The notes beneath the pieces are model-generated. The model saw only the letters and a program-made list of their open reading frames with translations. It did not search any database and had not been told where the DNA came from. The position numbers and the translations under genes are program-made. A DNA stretch of 61,323 bases, counting the filler, from Sphacelaria rigidula (Eukaryota), in the NCBI GenBank assembly GCA_964200075.2. It is 8 parts of 8 records of this genome, joined end to end, with 100 filler letters (N's around TTAATTAATTAA, not from the genome) between each part and the next. Parts side by side here need not be neighbours in the genome. Positions count along the whole stretch, not along the records: positions 38,391 to 45,968 come from CAXNAA020014260.1; positions 46,069 to 53,646 come from CAXNAA020014261.1; 6 more parts are not named here. One strand, written 5' to 3'. Of the stretch, positions 38,291-49,883 are shown piece by piece. Every line of letters begins with the position of its first letter. Within the stretch, counting starts at the first letter, position 1.

Positions 38291-38390
38291 NNNNNNNNNN
38301 NNNNNNNNNNNNNNNNNNNNNNNNNNNNNNNNNNTTAATTAATTAANNNNNNNNNNNNNNNNNNNNNNNNNNNNNNNNNNNNNNNNNNNN
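38291..38390. other. Artificial scaffold spacer
   Basis: N44-TTAATTAATTAA-N44. Confidence 0.98.
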
Positions 38391-41065
38391 GGCCTACTGC
38401 AGGTGGCAGCGACCGTCCAAGCTGCTACCGAAATGTGAGAGTTGCTTTATGTCGGTCCTTCGAGTGACCACCCGCGTGATTGTCATAGAGTACTTACGAG
38501 GGCTAGGACTATTCAGGGAACGAGAGATGTGACATGGGAGACGTTGCCGTGACAGCTCCTTCCACCGCAACCTCCTCTGCATATTGAGATCGCGGAGAGG
38601 GAGGGGAGGAAAGTGACGACGATGTAGAAGCTGAAGTATGGCCGCTTGCAGGAAGGGGAATTCAACACATTCGTATTCGTGTGAATCGTGATGCAGTGTT
38701 ACCCTATGGTGCAGGACTCGATGAGGTTGGCAGTGTTGATGCAGGCAGTGTAGGCCAGCCCACTTCTGTTCCATCTTCTCCCTCTGTACCGTCTTCGCCC
38801 GTGAACAACTCCTCTAGTATAACTGCTTCCTCGGTGTCTTCTCCAGAAATTGAGATAGACGGGGGGGGGGCACGAAGGGCAGGAGACAGGGGAAGTAGAG
38901 ACGGCGGATCCGGGAGGGAATGATGAGGCAAAGTCGATTGGGCCGGTAGGGCATGGTGATGTAGAGTTGATTGGGCCGAAGGAAGTAGAGGCGGAGGCAC
39001 CTCCTTCAGCCGCTCGTCGTCCGCGGCATGTCGCTGAGCTTGCTAATTTGAATACTGATGCGTGTGAGAATGATGAAGTAAGAGACGGTAGAACTCGAGC
39101 GCAAACTCGTTCAGAATGTTGAGTCAGAGCCTGGTAGCTATCAAGAAGCCCGGCATTCGAAGCACGCAAAGAATTGGGATGGAGCCATGTCTGCAGAAGT
39201 TGAAGGCCTGATAAGAGCAGGAATGTTCACGTTAGCAGTGAAGATCCCAGGAGGCTGTAATGTGATTGATGCTAGATAGGTTTTCAAATAGAAAGCAGAC
39301 GAAACACGGAAGATAGTGAAGGCCAAGGCTGGGCTTGTAGCGAAGAGCTTCAAGCACAAGTACGGTGTGGACTCAATTGAAACGTTCTCGCCTACTGCAA
39401 ATGCTGCATCGATGCGAATGCTGGCGTGCAAGTACAACTTGGAATTACTCCACTGGGATATTGAGCAAGCGTTTGTTCAGTCGGAATGGGATCACGAGGT
39501 GTTCATGAAGTTGCCTCTTGGCTTTCGATGTCAGGAAAGGTTGTCCGTTTGAACAAGAATTTGTACGGATTGAAACAGGCATCTAGAACATTTTACAAGA
39601 GGCTAGTGTCGGACCCGAAAATGATTGGTTTCCAGCAGTCTCTGTCTGATCCCTGTGTCCTGCGTTTCATGATGGGAAACGATGTGGTGGGTATGGTCGT
39701 GATTCACGTCGATGAAAATCTGTATGCAAGAACTAAGAGTCTTGCCAAGGTGATAGTGAAATCGCTAGGCGACTCTCTTCCGACGAAGATTTTGGGTGAG
39801 ATCAAGTTCTCTTTTGGTTGCGCATTTATTCGCGACCGCGAGGCTGACACGATTGAGGTTTCTCAAGAAAGTTACATCACGAGTGTTCTCGAGAGATTTG
39901 ACATTCGTCGCAACAGCTCGATCCCTGCTTCCCTTGCCAACGATAACAGGTCCTTGATGGAGGATGAGGGGGCAGGAGATGTGCCGTTCTGAGAGGTGGT
40001 GGGGAGTCGGATGTGGATCGCCAGCCAGACAAGGCCCGATATCTCGAATGCTGTACGGGTGGTGACGAGGCACTCTCACGAGCCAAAGAAGAGTCACTGG
40101 AAGGCAGCCCAGAAGATTCTGAATTATCTTCTGGAAACGGCACATCTAACTCTGAAGTTCAAGCAGGACAGTACGGTAGACGTAGGCACGATGATGTACG
40201 TAGATGCCGACTTTGCAAGCAAGGCCACTAACCGTAGATCAGTTTCGGGAGCGTTGGTTTTTGTGGCTGCCATGCTTGTACTTTGGATTTCTAGGACGCA
40301 GAAATGCGTTTCACAGTCGACATCTGAAGCAGAGTATCTTGCGATGGGTGATGGTGGGAAGAAGGCTCTCTTTGTGAACGGAATGCTTCAGTTCTTGGGG
40401 CCTAGTGTGAAGCCTCGTAAGATTGAAGTACTTGAGGACAGCGAGGGTGCGATTGGGCTTGCAGAGAATAAGTTTAGCTCGTGTAGGAGTAAGCACATTG
40501 ACGTGAGGCATCACTTTCTTGGGAATTTGACCGAGGAGGGTGTGATCGAGATCACGCATGTTCCCAGCGAAGAACACCATGCGGACTTCCTCACGAAGGC
40601 TCTGCCGAGAGATCTGTTTGAAGTTCACCGTGACTTTGCCCTTGGCTTGAAAAATGAGAAGCAGAAGTCTGAGTCATAATTTCGTTTCGCAATATATATA
40701 TTTGGTCTGGTAGATACATCAGCCTCAAGGGAGGGTTTTCGTGATAGCTGATGTAGTATCGACTGATTCGCGTAGAACATCTGGTTGGACGAATTGAATA
40801 ACGGAACTGCCGATCTATAAGTTGCTGAGCTACCACGTATTTGAGAATTGCGAAGAACGTTCGCGGTCCTCTCTGTTGGTTATGTAGGAAAACTCTTTGT
40901 GGATACTGCATTAGTCCGAGCATGGTATTTGTGGTGCGGGGAACAACCCGAGGTTTTTGTGGTACGTAAGGAAGTGCGTTGGTCCGAGTTCCATTGCTGG
41001 AACCATGTGGTTTCTAGAGGTTCTGGAATACATCTATTTTTCCAGAAGTCACGAGCTTACCAACA
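38391..41065 (+). mobile_element. Degenerate Ty1/Copia LTR retrotransposon (RT, RNase H, PPT, putative 3' LTR), 5' part missing
   Basis: KAKAGLVAK, ETFSP, WDIEQAF, LNKNLYGLKQASR, VIHVDE (YVDD site), TRPDIS, YVDADFA, SEAEY, SKHIDVRHHF and ADFLTKAL occur in 39316-40679 with stops and frameshifts. A purine tract AAGGGAGGG precedes a putative LTR at about 40736-41065 ending CCAACA. Confidence 0.92.
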
Positions 41066-41094
41066 AGTCCCACGCTGAATCACGTGGTGAAACG

Positions 41095-42017
41095 CCGCCG
41101 CCGACTTCGCTGATACCGCCGTCGACAGCCCCGCCGCCGATGCCATTGTGCCGACTTAATCTATATCGTCGCCGACCACCCCACAGCCGATGCCGTCCCC
41201 GCTGATTTCATCACCACCACCGCTGACAACCCCGCAGCCGATGCCACTGCCGCCTACTTTATCGATACCATCGCCGACAACCCCGCAGCCGATTCCATGA
41301 GCGTTGCTACGATAGGGGGGAGGGGTGTTCGATTTCCCGAAAACATGTGCCCATAGATGCGTCGAACGGCCGAAAACACTCGCGGTGCCCTTGTATTTTG
41401 GTAAAAACGGTGTAAAGCAGTACACATGAGCGTTATTTATCGGGAGCAAGCGCCTTCGAACAACTGCTGGTTGCTTCCAACGGCGATTGAAGTGGGATTT
41501 CGTGGGAGAATACGGCCCAAAATACCCCTCCCCCCCCCTATCGTCAATGGTCTTATGACTATGGCATGCATGATCATGAGTACACCCCCCCGCTATCGTA
41601 GCATGACTTCCATCGCCGCCAACTTCACCAATACCGTCCCCGATAACCCCGCAGCCGATGCCACCGCTGTCGACGTCATCAATACCGTCGCCTACGACCC
41701 TGCAGCCGATGCCACTGCCGCCACCTTCATCAGTACCACCACCGACAATCTCGCAGTCGATGACACCGCTGTCGACGTCATCAATACCGTCGCCTACAAC
41801 CCCGCAGCCAATGCCACTGCCGCCAACTTTATCAAGACCGCGACCGACAACCCCGCGGCCAAAGCTACTGCCGCCTACTTCATCAACACCGTCGCCGACA
41901 ACCCCGCAACTGATACCACCGCGACTTCATCAATACCGTGGCCGACAACCCTGCAGTCGATAACAATGTCGCCGAAATCATCAATGCCATCGCCGACAAA
42001 CCCGCAGCCGATGCTAC
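41095..42017. repeat. 51-bp GC-rich minisatellite in two blocks split by a MITE
   Basis: Unit approximately ACCGTCGCCGACAACCCCGCAGCCGATGCCACTGCCGCCAACTTCATCAAT, with a 17-codon period (TVADNPAADATAANFIN on +, GIGCGVVGDGIDKVGGS on -). Confidence 0.85.
41305..41603. mobile_element. MITE-like insertion inside the minisatellite
   Basis: TGCTACGATAGGGGGG ... CCCCGCTATCGTAGCA inverted termini, with CATGA near both ends. Confidence 0.65.
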
Positions 42018-42018
42018 T

Positions 42019-44275
42019 TTGATTGATTGGTTGATTGTCGCCCTTTAGTGACCCCCAGGGATCCAGCCGTGGTCTCATGATAGACGTACTCAAGAAAACG
42101 AAAATGAAACACGCTCTGAGAAAAGAAAAAGGTACAGAGAAAGAAGAAAGAGGGATCGAATAGAGCGACATAGCAGACTAAGTCGTGACAAAGAAAAAAG
42201 TAATAAAAAAGTCAACAGTAGCAAAGCACAGAAAGAAATGGCCGACCTGAAACAAGAAAAACGAAAAGAAGAGGGAAGTACAAAGCAAATGAAATAGAAT
42301 ACAATGAAACGATGAAAAAAAGAAGAAGGAAAAGGCCCAAGGGATTCAGGGCAGCAGAGTAGATACAGACACACACCAGTGGGTACCTCAGAGCCACCGA
42401 CTAAGGACATAATCAACAGCCGATATGAGCGGACAGGATTTTCCGATTGGCAGCCCTCGACGCAGCAGCCTCTCGCTTGTGACGGCGGTCTGATTCTCGC
42501 TTGCCCGCGCGTCGCCACGTGTTCTCAAACTCTTCCACTCCCTTTTCGACTCCAATATGCCGTTTGCCCAGGTCCTTCGCCGCGGTGACCCAATCGTATG
42601 CATCGTTAACCTCTACACCGTAAACGAACCATTTTCGTCGGGCTCCTTTGTGCGGGACAGCCCCTAGCGCACGTAGGTTCTCCTTTAGGGTATCCTCCCA
42701 ATGCGTGGGGGTGCGGCCGACCTCCTCGCGTCCTCGTGTGGAAAGCCGACCGCTCATGACACGCTTGGGAAGGCGTGTGTCCTTCTGCCGGACAAGGGCT
42801 CCCGCGAAGCAGAGTTGACGTTTGCGGATAGTCGTCTCGATACGTTCGCAGTTGGTCATCCCGAGCACCGCTCTGTACGAAAAGTCTTGTAGCCATTGCG
42901 ATCATTCCTGCGGAATCCAACCACTCGTAGCAAGAGCTTGTGATGGACAGTGCGCAGGCTGTCGACGTCCTCAGAACGTAGTGTCCACGTGGCACACCCA
43001 TACAACAGAGCTTCCACCACCTCCGCTTTAAGTAATCGAACTTTCAAGGATAGCTCGGCGTTGGATCGGCCGTAGTGTTGGGAGCTATATTTTCGGATAC
43101 GCGCCCACGCCGCGCTGATACGGCGGTTCATTTCAATGGACATTTTCGCATCCGCGCTGATAGTTCCACCAAGGTAGATGAACTTCTTCGTCTGCTTATA
43201 TCGTTGACCGGCAACTCTGATATCCAGGGTGGCCTCCGTGGGACTGGCTACTGACCAAAGGCGCACGGACTCTGTCTTAGTCTCGGAGACCAGCAGGCCG
43301 AATTCCTGGCAGGTCATCACTATCACGGCCATCATTCGAGCAAGGCCTTCTGAGGTCTTCCAGGCTATGCCAGCGTCGTCCGCATAAAGCATTGCCCAGA
43401 CCGCGCGTCGCACCTTTTCCAGTGGTGTCTCTTCCACGGGTTCACGACCGACACCTTGTGGCGCATCATCTAGAAAGACCAAGTCTGAGACGATGAGTGG
43501 GTCCACCGCAAACCGCTGGACGATCACTGCCACCAAGCTTGCTCCGAAGATGTTGAACAGCAGCGGAGACGAAACGCAACCTTGTCTGAGTCCCTGGCAG
43601 ACATCGAACCACGCTGATAGCTCGCCACTATCTAGCTGTACTCGAGCTCGCATGCCGCCGTGAAACATACGGAAGAGCGTGATCATTCGCGACGGGACTC
43701 CGAACCGAGCAAGCACTTCCCACAGGAGCGTGCGGTCTACAGAATCGTAGGCTTTCTGCAGATCGATAAAGCACATATTTATTGGGATGTTGCTCGCCCG
43801 TCCCAACTCCTGGAGTTGGCGTACTACGAACATCATGTCTATGGTCGATCTTTGGCGCTTAGATCCACACTGCTCTTCCGGGAAGACATATTTTTCCTCA
43901 CAAGAACCATTGAGCCTGTTGGCTACGATTTTGAGGAGAACTTTAGCAGTATGTGCCACAAGTGAAACGCCTCTGTAGTTACTACCCTGGGTCCTACCTT
44001 GTTTTTTGTGTAGCACTTTGATGGTGACGTCTTTCCATTCTTGCGGCACCTCGCCAGATGTCCAAACCGCAGAGACGATGTCGTGGAAGTGGTACAAAAT
44101 GTCCGACGCCTCCCCGTTGAGTCCAGGTTTCAGGATGTCGGCCGGGATACCATCCGGATCGGTTGCTTTGTCGTTCGACATAGCTCTCACAGCCTCCACA
44201 GTTTCACTTGGGCTTGGTGGGTCTCCTAGTGACAACGCTATTGATCGCTAAGCAATCTCCTCGATGATGGTGCGT
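42019..44275 (-). mobile_element. 5'-truncated RTE-like LINE with a long RT ORF, 3' UTR and (CAAT)n tail
   Basis: ORF 44235-42856 has NYRGVSLV, FIDLQKAYDSVDR, QGLRQGCVSSPLLFNIF, MLYADD and FIYLG, and continues after a frameshift in 42868-42413 (RQLCFAGALVR...RLPKRVM). The 3' end is CACGGCTGGATCCCTGGGGG...GGGCGACAATCAACCAATCAATCAA. Confidence 0.93.
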
Positions 44276-45968
44276 GTCATGGAGCAAGGCGGGGTCTATG
44301 ATCGAATCTGGGATGTTGCGGGTCTGATCCAGCTTGACTAGACCGGATGTGAGACTGATCAAAAGTACAGAGATGGGTCCTCGAGCCCTCCCGCTATGTA
44401 CTCGCTAAGGTGGAGCACTGCTGAGCATTTGCTATTGCCGGAGAACAGCTAAGAGAGCGTTCAAAGGAGCGATAACGAACACGAGTGAACAAGAGTCTTT
44501 TGTATCAAGTAGGTATAGCTTACTGCGTGAAGATATTGTGGTGTTAGCTGATTTGAACACGTCTATAACCCGATCCCTTGTGAGGACAGAACTGCCCGTG
44601 TTGACCTCGGAAGTATCTAACCTCTGACCCGACCAGCTTGCACCAAGAGGGTGCATCCCGCCTAACACTATAACAATTGGCGTTCGACTTGGAGTATCTG
44701 CTTGCTAGCTTGCTTTCCCTTTCCAGAGTAGAGCAGTTGTTTGCTTATCTACTGTCTGTACTGCCCTCTAGTTGCTCTTTCCCCCCTCTTGCTGTAGCTT
44801 TGTTTTGCATTTGTTTTGTGAGTCATTTGCTTTTCATTCGCTTGATTGCTTTTTACAGTAGCCCACGGTACCGTACACTTGAATCGCGTTTTACACGTGC
44901 TCCTTGACGCGCTACTTCTACTGCGTTCGCACTGTCTCCTCTGCGACCTCTTCTTTGGCCGCGCAATTTCACTGTATTGGCCACCCGACTGTGAACCTGT
45001 ACTCTGTTGCTTTTTCTCGGTACCAGGAACCTATCTGCCCCATTCTGTTTAACAGATTTACATTGTTTCCGGCAGATATTCTCAAATTTGCTCCACTTTC
45101 CCCCATCCCATCTGCCCACACGTATTTCCTCTCTTTTTTTTGGGCGGTGCACAGCTTCACTTAGTAGCTGCCGAATTGCTATTGTTACTTGCCTCTGTTT
45201 CAGTAGCGTGCGGCGTTGAAACTCGGCGATCGTGGTCTATCACGTACAATTTTGACCTTGGCAGTTCAACTTTGCCCACTGCCTCCACTTCCTTTTGCGG
45301 GGTGTTCTGCCGGACCATTTGTAATTGTCCCGCATCCACCTAGGCTGTGCACTATTACAGGCTGCTTTCCCGACTTTTATATGAGTCCACTTTCCGGTTC
45401 ACGTTGCGTTTCAATCAGACATTCAGTGATTGCCGTTTATTGGTCTTCTGCCCCTGTGTTGTGGCTATTACATACCCTCTCGCACATTCGTGATTCCAAA
45501 ACAAAAAGAATGAATAATGAAGAAAATAAAATAAAATAAACAAAATAAAATAAAATCGCGTATTGGCTTTCGAATCTTGCTCTGGGTTCTCTGAACGTAC
45601 CGCTCTGTAGACGCTATATACGCTTCACGTATGTCGCAACGTATCACCACCGCTTCTTCTCCCATCACGGGAGGTAAGCCGCTCCGTCGTACGCGGAGCC
45701 AAACTAAGGGAGCTTCTAGTTTTTTCGGACCCGATGCTGATTTGTTACAGATTTATTGGTCATGTTCCAGTCGACTGGGTTCCATTTGTCATACTTTGTC
45801 ATGCTTGGTACCCGACGGGTCATACTACCTTGTTTGATTGAATCCAGCTGCCTGCCCCCTTTGGGTCAGAGTCGTTTTGGACCATACATCTCAACTAGCA
45901 AAGCACAAGTTAGCCTGTACGCCAATAATACAAGAGCATCTACGCCATCCATGGACTGCTATTTCAGA

Positions 45969-46068
45969 NNNNNNNNNNNNNNNNNNNNNNNNNNNNNNNN
46001 NNNNNNNNNNNNTTAATTAATTAANNNNNNNNNNNNNNNNNNNNNNNNNNNNNNNNNNNNNNNNNNNN
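45969..46068. other. Artificial scaffold spacer
   Basis: N44-TTAATTAATTAA-N44. Confidence 0.98.
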
Positions 46069-46146
46069 GCCCAGCCCCCGGAGTAGGTGGCGTTTTTTAC
46101 GGCGTGGTCCCCACCCGACGCCACCCGCGGGGGGGGGGGGGGGGGG

Positions 46147-46365
46147 GGGTGTACTCATGATCATGCACGCCGATTTCACATGACCGTTGATCTCGCATCC
46201 CTACAAAGCCGGCACGGAGCACGCCGGCTTTTCGCTGGACCAGGCTCGCACTCAATCACTAAGCGCGCAGCGCCGTGGCGTGTTCGGCGAGTCGCATGAA
46301 GGTTGAGCTGCATCCTGACAAGATTCTTCGGCCCAAAACCTACTGATTATCTTGCATGTGGATGA
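46147..46365 (+). repeat. Third copy of the GGGTGTACTC dispersed repeat
   Basis: Alignable to 13370-13580 and 14975-15190. Confidence 0.7.
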
Positions 46366-46401
46366 CGAGGGGGCGGGGGAGGGGGGTAAAATCAAGTTCA
46401 C

Positions 46402-48102
46402 CTGTAGCAACGCTGCATCCCCGCCCTTGACATCTTTCAAAGCCTCGGCGACCGTTTGCAGAGCCTCCGCTTCCGCCTTGGCCTTTACGAGGCGCGCTTC
46501 CGCCTCTCCCTGGAAGATGACACAACGATCGTCAAAATAAACAGACGAGGATCATCGTTCTTCTTGCATTGGCATGATGTAGGTACTCGTTCGTTGCATT
46601 TTCCCCACGTGCGAAATGAGTCATGATCCAAATCCTTGTGGCTGACGGGGCAGTACTGTAGTCGTTTCTTCAAGTTACATGTGTGGCAATGAGCACGTCC
46701 GGAACTTGACTGCAGCACCCGACTGCTCCTCTAGGAAAGTGCTAAGTTTTTCGCCGTCGGAAGGTTAATAAAAACAGAAACAACGTTAATAATATTGCAG
46801 TGATTACGGTGAATAACAGTAATAATACTGCTGCTGCTGCTGCTACTACTACAGTAGTGGGCGGTCTAAGTATTCAATTTGTGGCATTTTGTGATTTTTT
46901 CGTAGTTGGCGTTTTTCGTGAGCTCTTTTTGCTTGCCATCGCTCATCACATTGGGGATCTGAAGATATTTGTATCCGCTCCGCATTCCAAGAAAAAAAAA
47001 TCATCTGTACTAAAAAATGTGTGGTTCGAGGATGATCTGTACATTTTACCAAAATCTACCGACGCTAGCAATTTCGAGTTCTATCGAAGAGTAGTACGCA
47101 AGAAAAGACCCCAAACACCCGTGAGTAGTTAGGCCGCCTACTACTGTACTACCACCGCCACCATCACAAGGGTTAGGGTTAGGCCTAGCCCTATATTAAT
47201 AACATCGTCATCATAATCATAATACGGTATTTTTTTTTTCAGTTGACGTTAAGTTTCTCAGGCGCAGGTTGTTGTTGAAGCCACGTCAAAGTACTTTCAG
47301 TGTGTGTAATATCACCAAGGGTATCTCGGGTGGGGTAAATGCCCGGATATTAATTTCCCCAAATTTTGTGTTGCGGTGGTCCAATCTCCAAACTTCACAC
47401 GAATGTTGGGGTAAAGTTGGTTACGATCACATTACTCTACCCAATATCTGGCTATGATCGGGTACAATCTCAATACTCTACCCGAGTTTCGGGTGCTTCT
47501 TCTCGAAACACCACAATGCGGGAAGTAACCTGGTACCCCCCTCGGATACTACCATTATTCTTCACATGTTTTTTCGCGCGTCTGCTGTGTTGTACTGTTG
47601 TACTACTCGTGAAAAACGTCCCCCCGCGCGCAGCCCCCATACAAGACACGGGTTGGGTACGCGCGTATCAAGTCGCAAAACGATTGAGGGTTCAAATCTT
47701 AGCCTCGTGCCCCACGCAGGAACACTCAGCATACACCCCACACTGCTGCCGGCATTCATTGCTACCCAACGATCCACCTTCGGTGATAATCTAAGCCGAT
47801 AACGGCGCCGGCCTGCCCCGCTCGGCAACGCATTGACGTTCGTGGCAGCAGCCGCAGCCGCAGCCGCAGTCGCAGCTTTAGCTCGCCCTGTGACCGCTCA
47901 GCCCGGAAGTCATGATGAGGCATCGATCGGCGCCCTTTAACCCTCTGACAGCGAACATAGGTGGTCTGTTGAATCAGTATTAATTTCATTTTAAAAAATT
48001 GCTGCAGGTCCCGATGACCTACCCTGCCGGCCAAAGGGTTAACGAAGGACGCGCACTCCGTCCGTACTGTTGGGGGGTGGAAGCAAGCAAGCAATAGCAG
48101 GC

Positions 48103-48143
<41 letters not shown>

Positions 48144-49830
48144 AAACGCACCTCTGCTTCCAGCCTGATTTTCTCTTTGTTCGCCCTAGCCTCATTTTGA
48201 ACCTGAATTAAATGACCCTCCGACTCGTTGATGAGCTGGATCTTCACACCCTCCGACTGCAGCGTGTACGCCTTCTTTTCACCCTCGGCGGTAAGCACTC
48301 GCTCCCTGGATAATGACACACGTATGGGGTGTGGGGGGTGTGCATGCGGGCAACGAAAGCACATAAAGGAAAACAAAACATAAGAACGAAAGCTAGCAAC
48401 AGTCGGACGAATCATCGCCGGTTCGATCCACCAAATGAACGATATCTGAGGCCTTATAACTTGAAACAGACAGAAAAAAAATAATAACTACGGATCACAA
48501 CAGTAGTCTCTACGCATATATTACGCCATTCCACGTGCCTGGGGTGTGCGTGCGTGAGGTGCGGCGTAGAGCTGAAAACAAAGCCCAAGGATTGGCTCGG
48601 ACGGTACGAATCAATTCCACTAGAATCAAGCAGCTTCCAGACGAATTATTATGCGCCTGATCCTTGTTTGAACTTCAGATACAATCCGCCGGGACCGCCC
48701 CGGTGATGATTTCATTACAGATCACACACCAACGCTAGTTAGTTACAGACCATCCTCTACGGCAACGAATCTCGATTTGTACAAATATGAGGATTTCAGT
48801 CCGTCTACAGGCGATTTTCTCCCGTGGATTGATTTCTCGGACCCCAGTCCGTTGGCAGTGTTGTTCGGCTGTGAAAAAACCCGATCAATTACTTGATTCT
48901 CTGGACGATCACTTTCGGTTCATCATATTTCTGCTCAAATCGGGACATTCCCGCATCTCCCGATTTTTTCCCGATTTTTTTCACAAAATCGGGGGAGATG
49001 CGGGAGTGTCCCGATTTCAGCAGAAATGTGATATATCAAAAGTCAACGTCCAGAGAATCGGAGACTTCATCTAGTTTTCTCACAGCTAGCCGAAAAACAT
49101 TGCCCGCCGGACTGAAGCCCGAAAAATCAATGCACGTGAGAAAATCGCCTGTAGACGGACTGAAATCCTCATATTTGTGCAAATCGAGATTCGTTGCCAT
49201 AGAAGATGGTCTTAGTGTAGTGTTGGGCTGGATTTTGTTTGCGGCAGGAACAGTTATTTTTTTTTTGTATTTACTGATTGACTGATTGAGTGCACTGTAC
49301 AGTACAACGATTTTTTTTCGCCCCATCACCCCATCTTCTCGTTCACCAGATGAACATATACATGTACGCTTTGAGGTGTCTCACTTTTGTTTTGTCTCGG
49401 GTACGTCTATCATTTGGAAAATGACCACGGCTGGATCATGACTCCTGGGGGATCAGTTAGGGTGCGACAATCAATCCAATCCAATCCAATCCGATCAATC
49501 GTGTGTTCCGTGGCCCCGATCCTCCATGACTTTCTACATTTGTCTCAGTCATACTCTTCAAACCCTCCCATCAATCAATCAATCAATCAATCATGTATTC
49601 CGTGGCCCCGATCCTTCATGACTTCCCATTGTTTTAGTTATACTCTTCAAACCCTTGAAATCCTTCAATCAATCGATCGTGTGATCCGTGGCCCCGACCC
49701 TTCATGACCTCCTATTTGTTTTTATTGTAGTCACACTGTTCCAACCCTTGGAACCCTTCAATCAATCGTGTGTTCCGTGGCCCCGATCCTTCATGACTTC
49801 CTATATTTTTTCGAGTCACACTCTTCAAAC

Positions 49831-49883
<53 letters not shown>

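Noticed and set aside
41426..42022. 198-aa repeat ORF as an ice-nucleation or antifreeze protein
   Set aside because: The period is 17 aa, not 16, there is no TxT ladder, and the start codon lies within an inserted MITE.
44276..45470. Solo LTR (TGTCATGG...TATTACA) at the LINE 5' truncation
   Set aside because: TG..CA ends are present, but there is no matching TSD, PBS or second copy in the window.
47170..47192. Interstitial telomeric TTAGGG repeat
   Set aside because: Only about two units, too short to support.
49501..49830. CRISPR-like array (conserved ~25-bp core with variable intervening sequence)
   Set aside because: The intervening sequences are homologous to each other, it lies in a eukaryotic intron and there are no cas genes.
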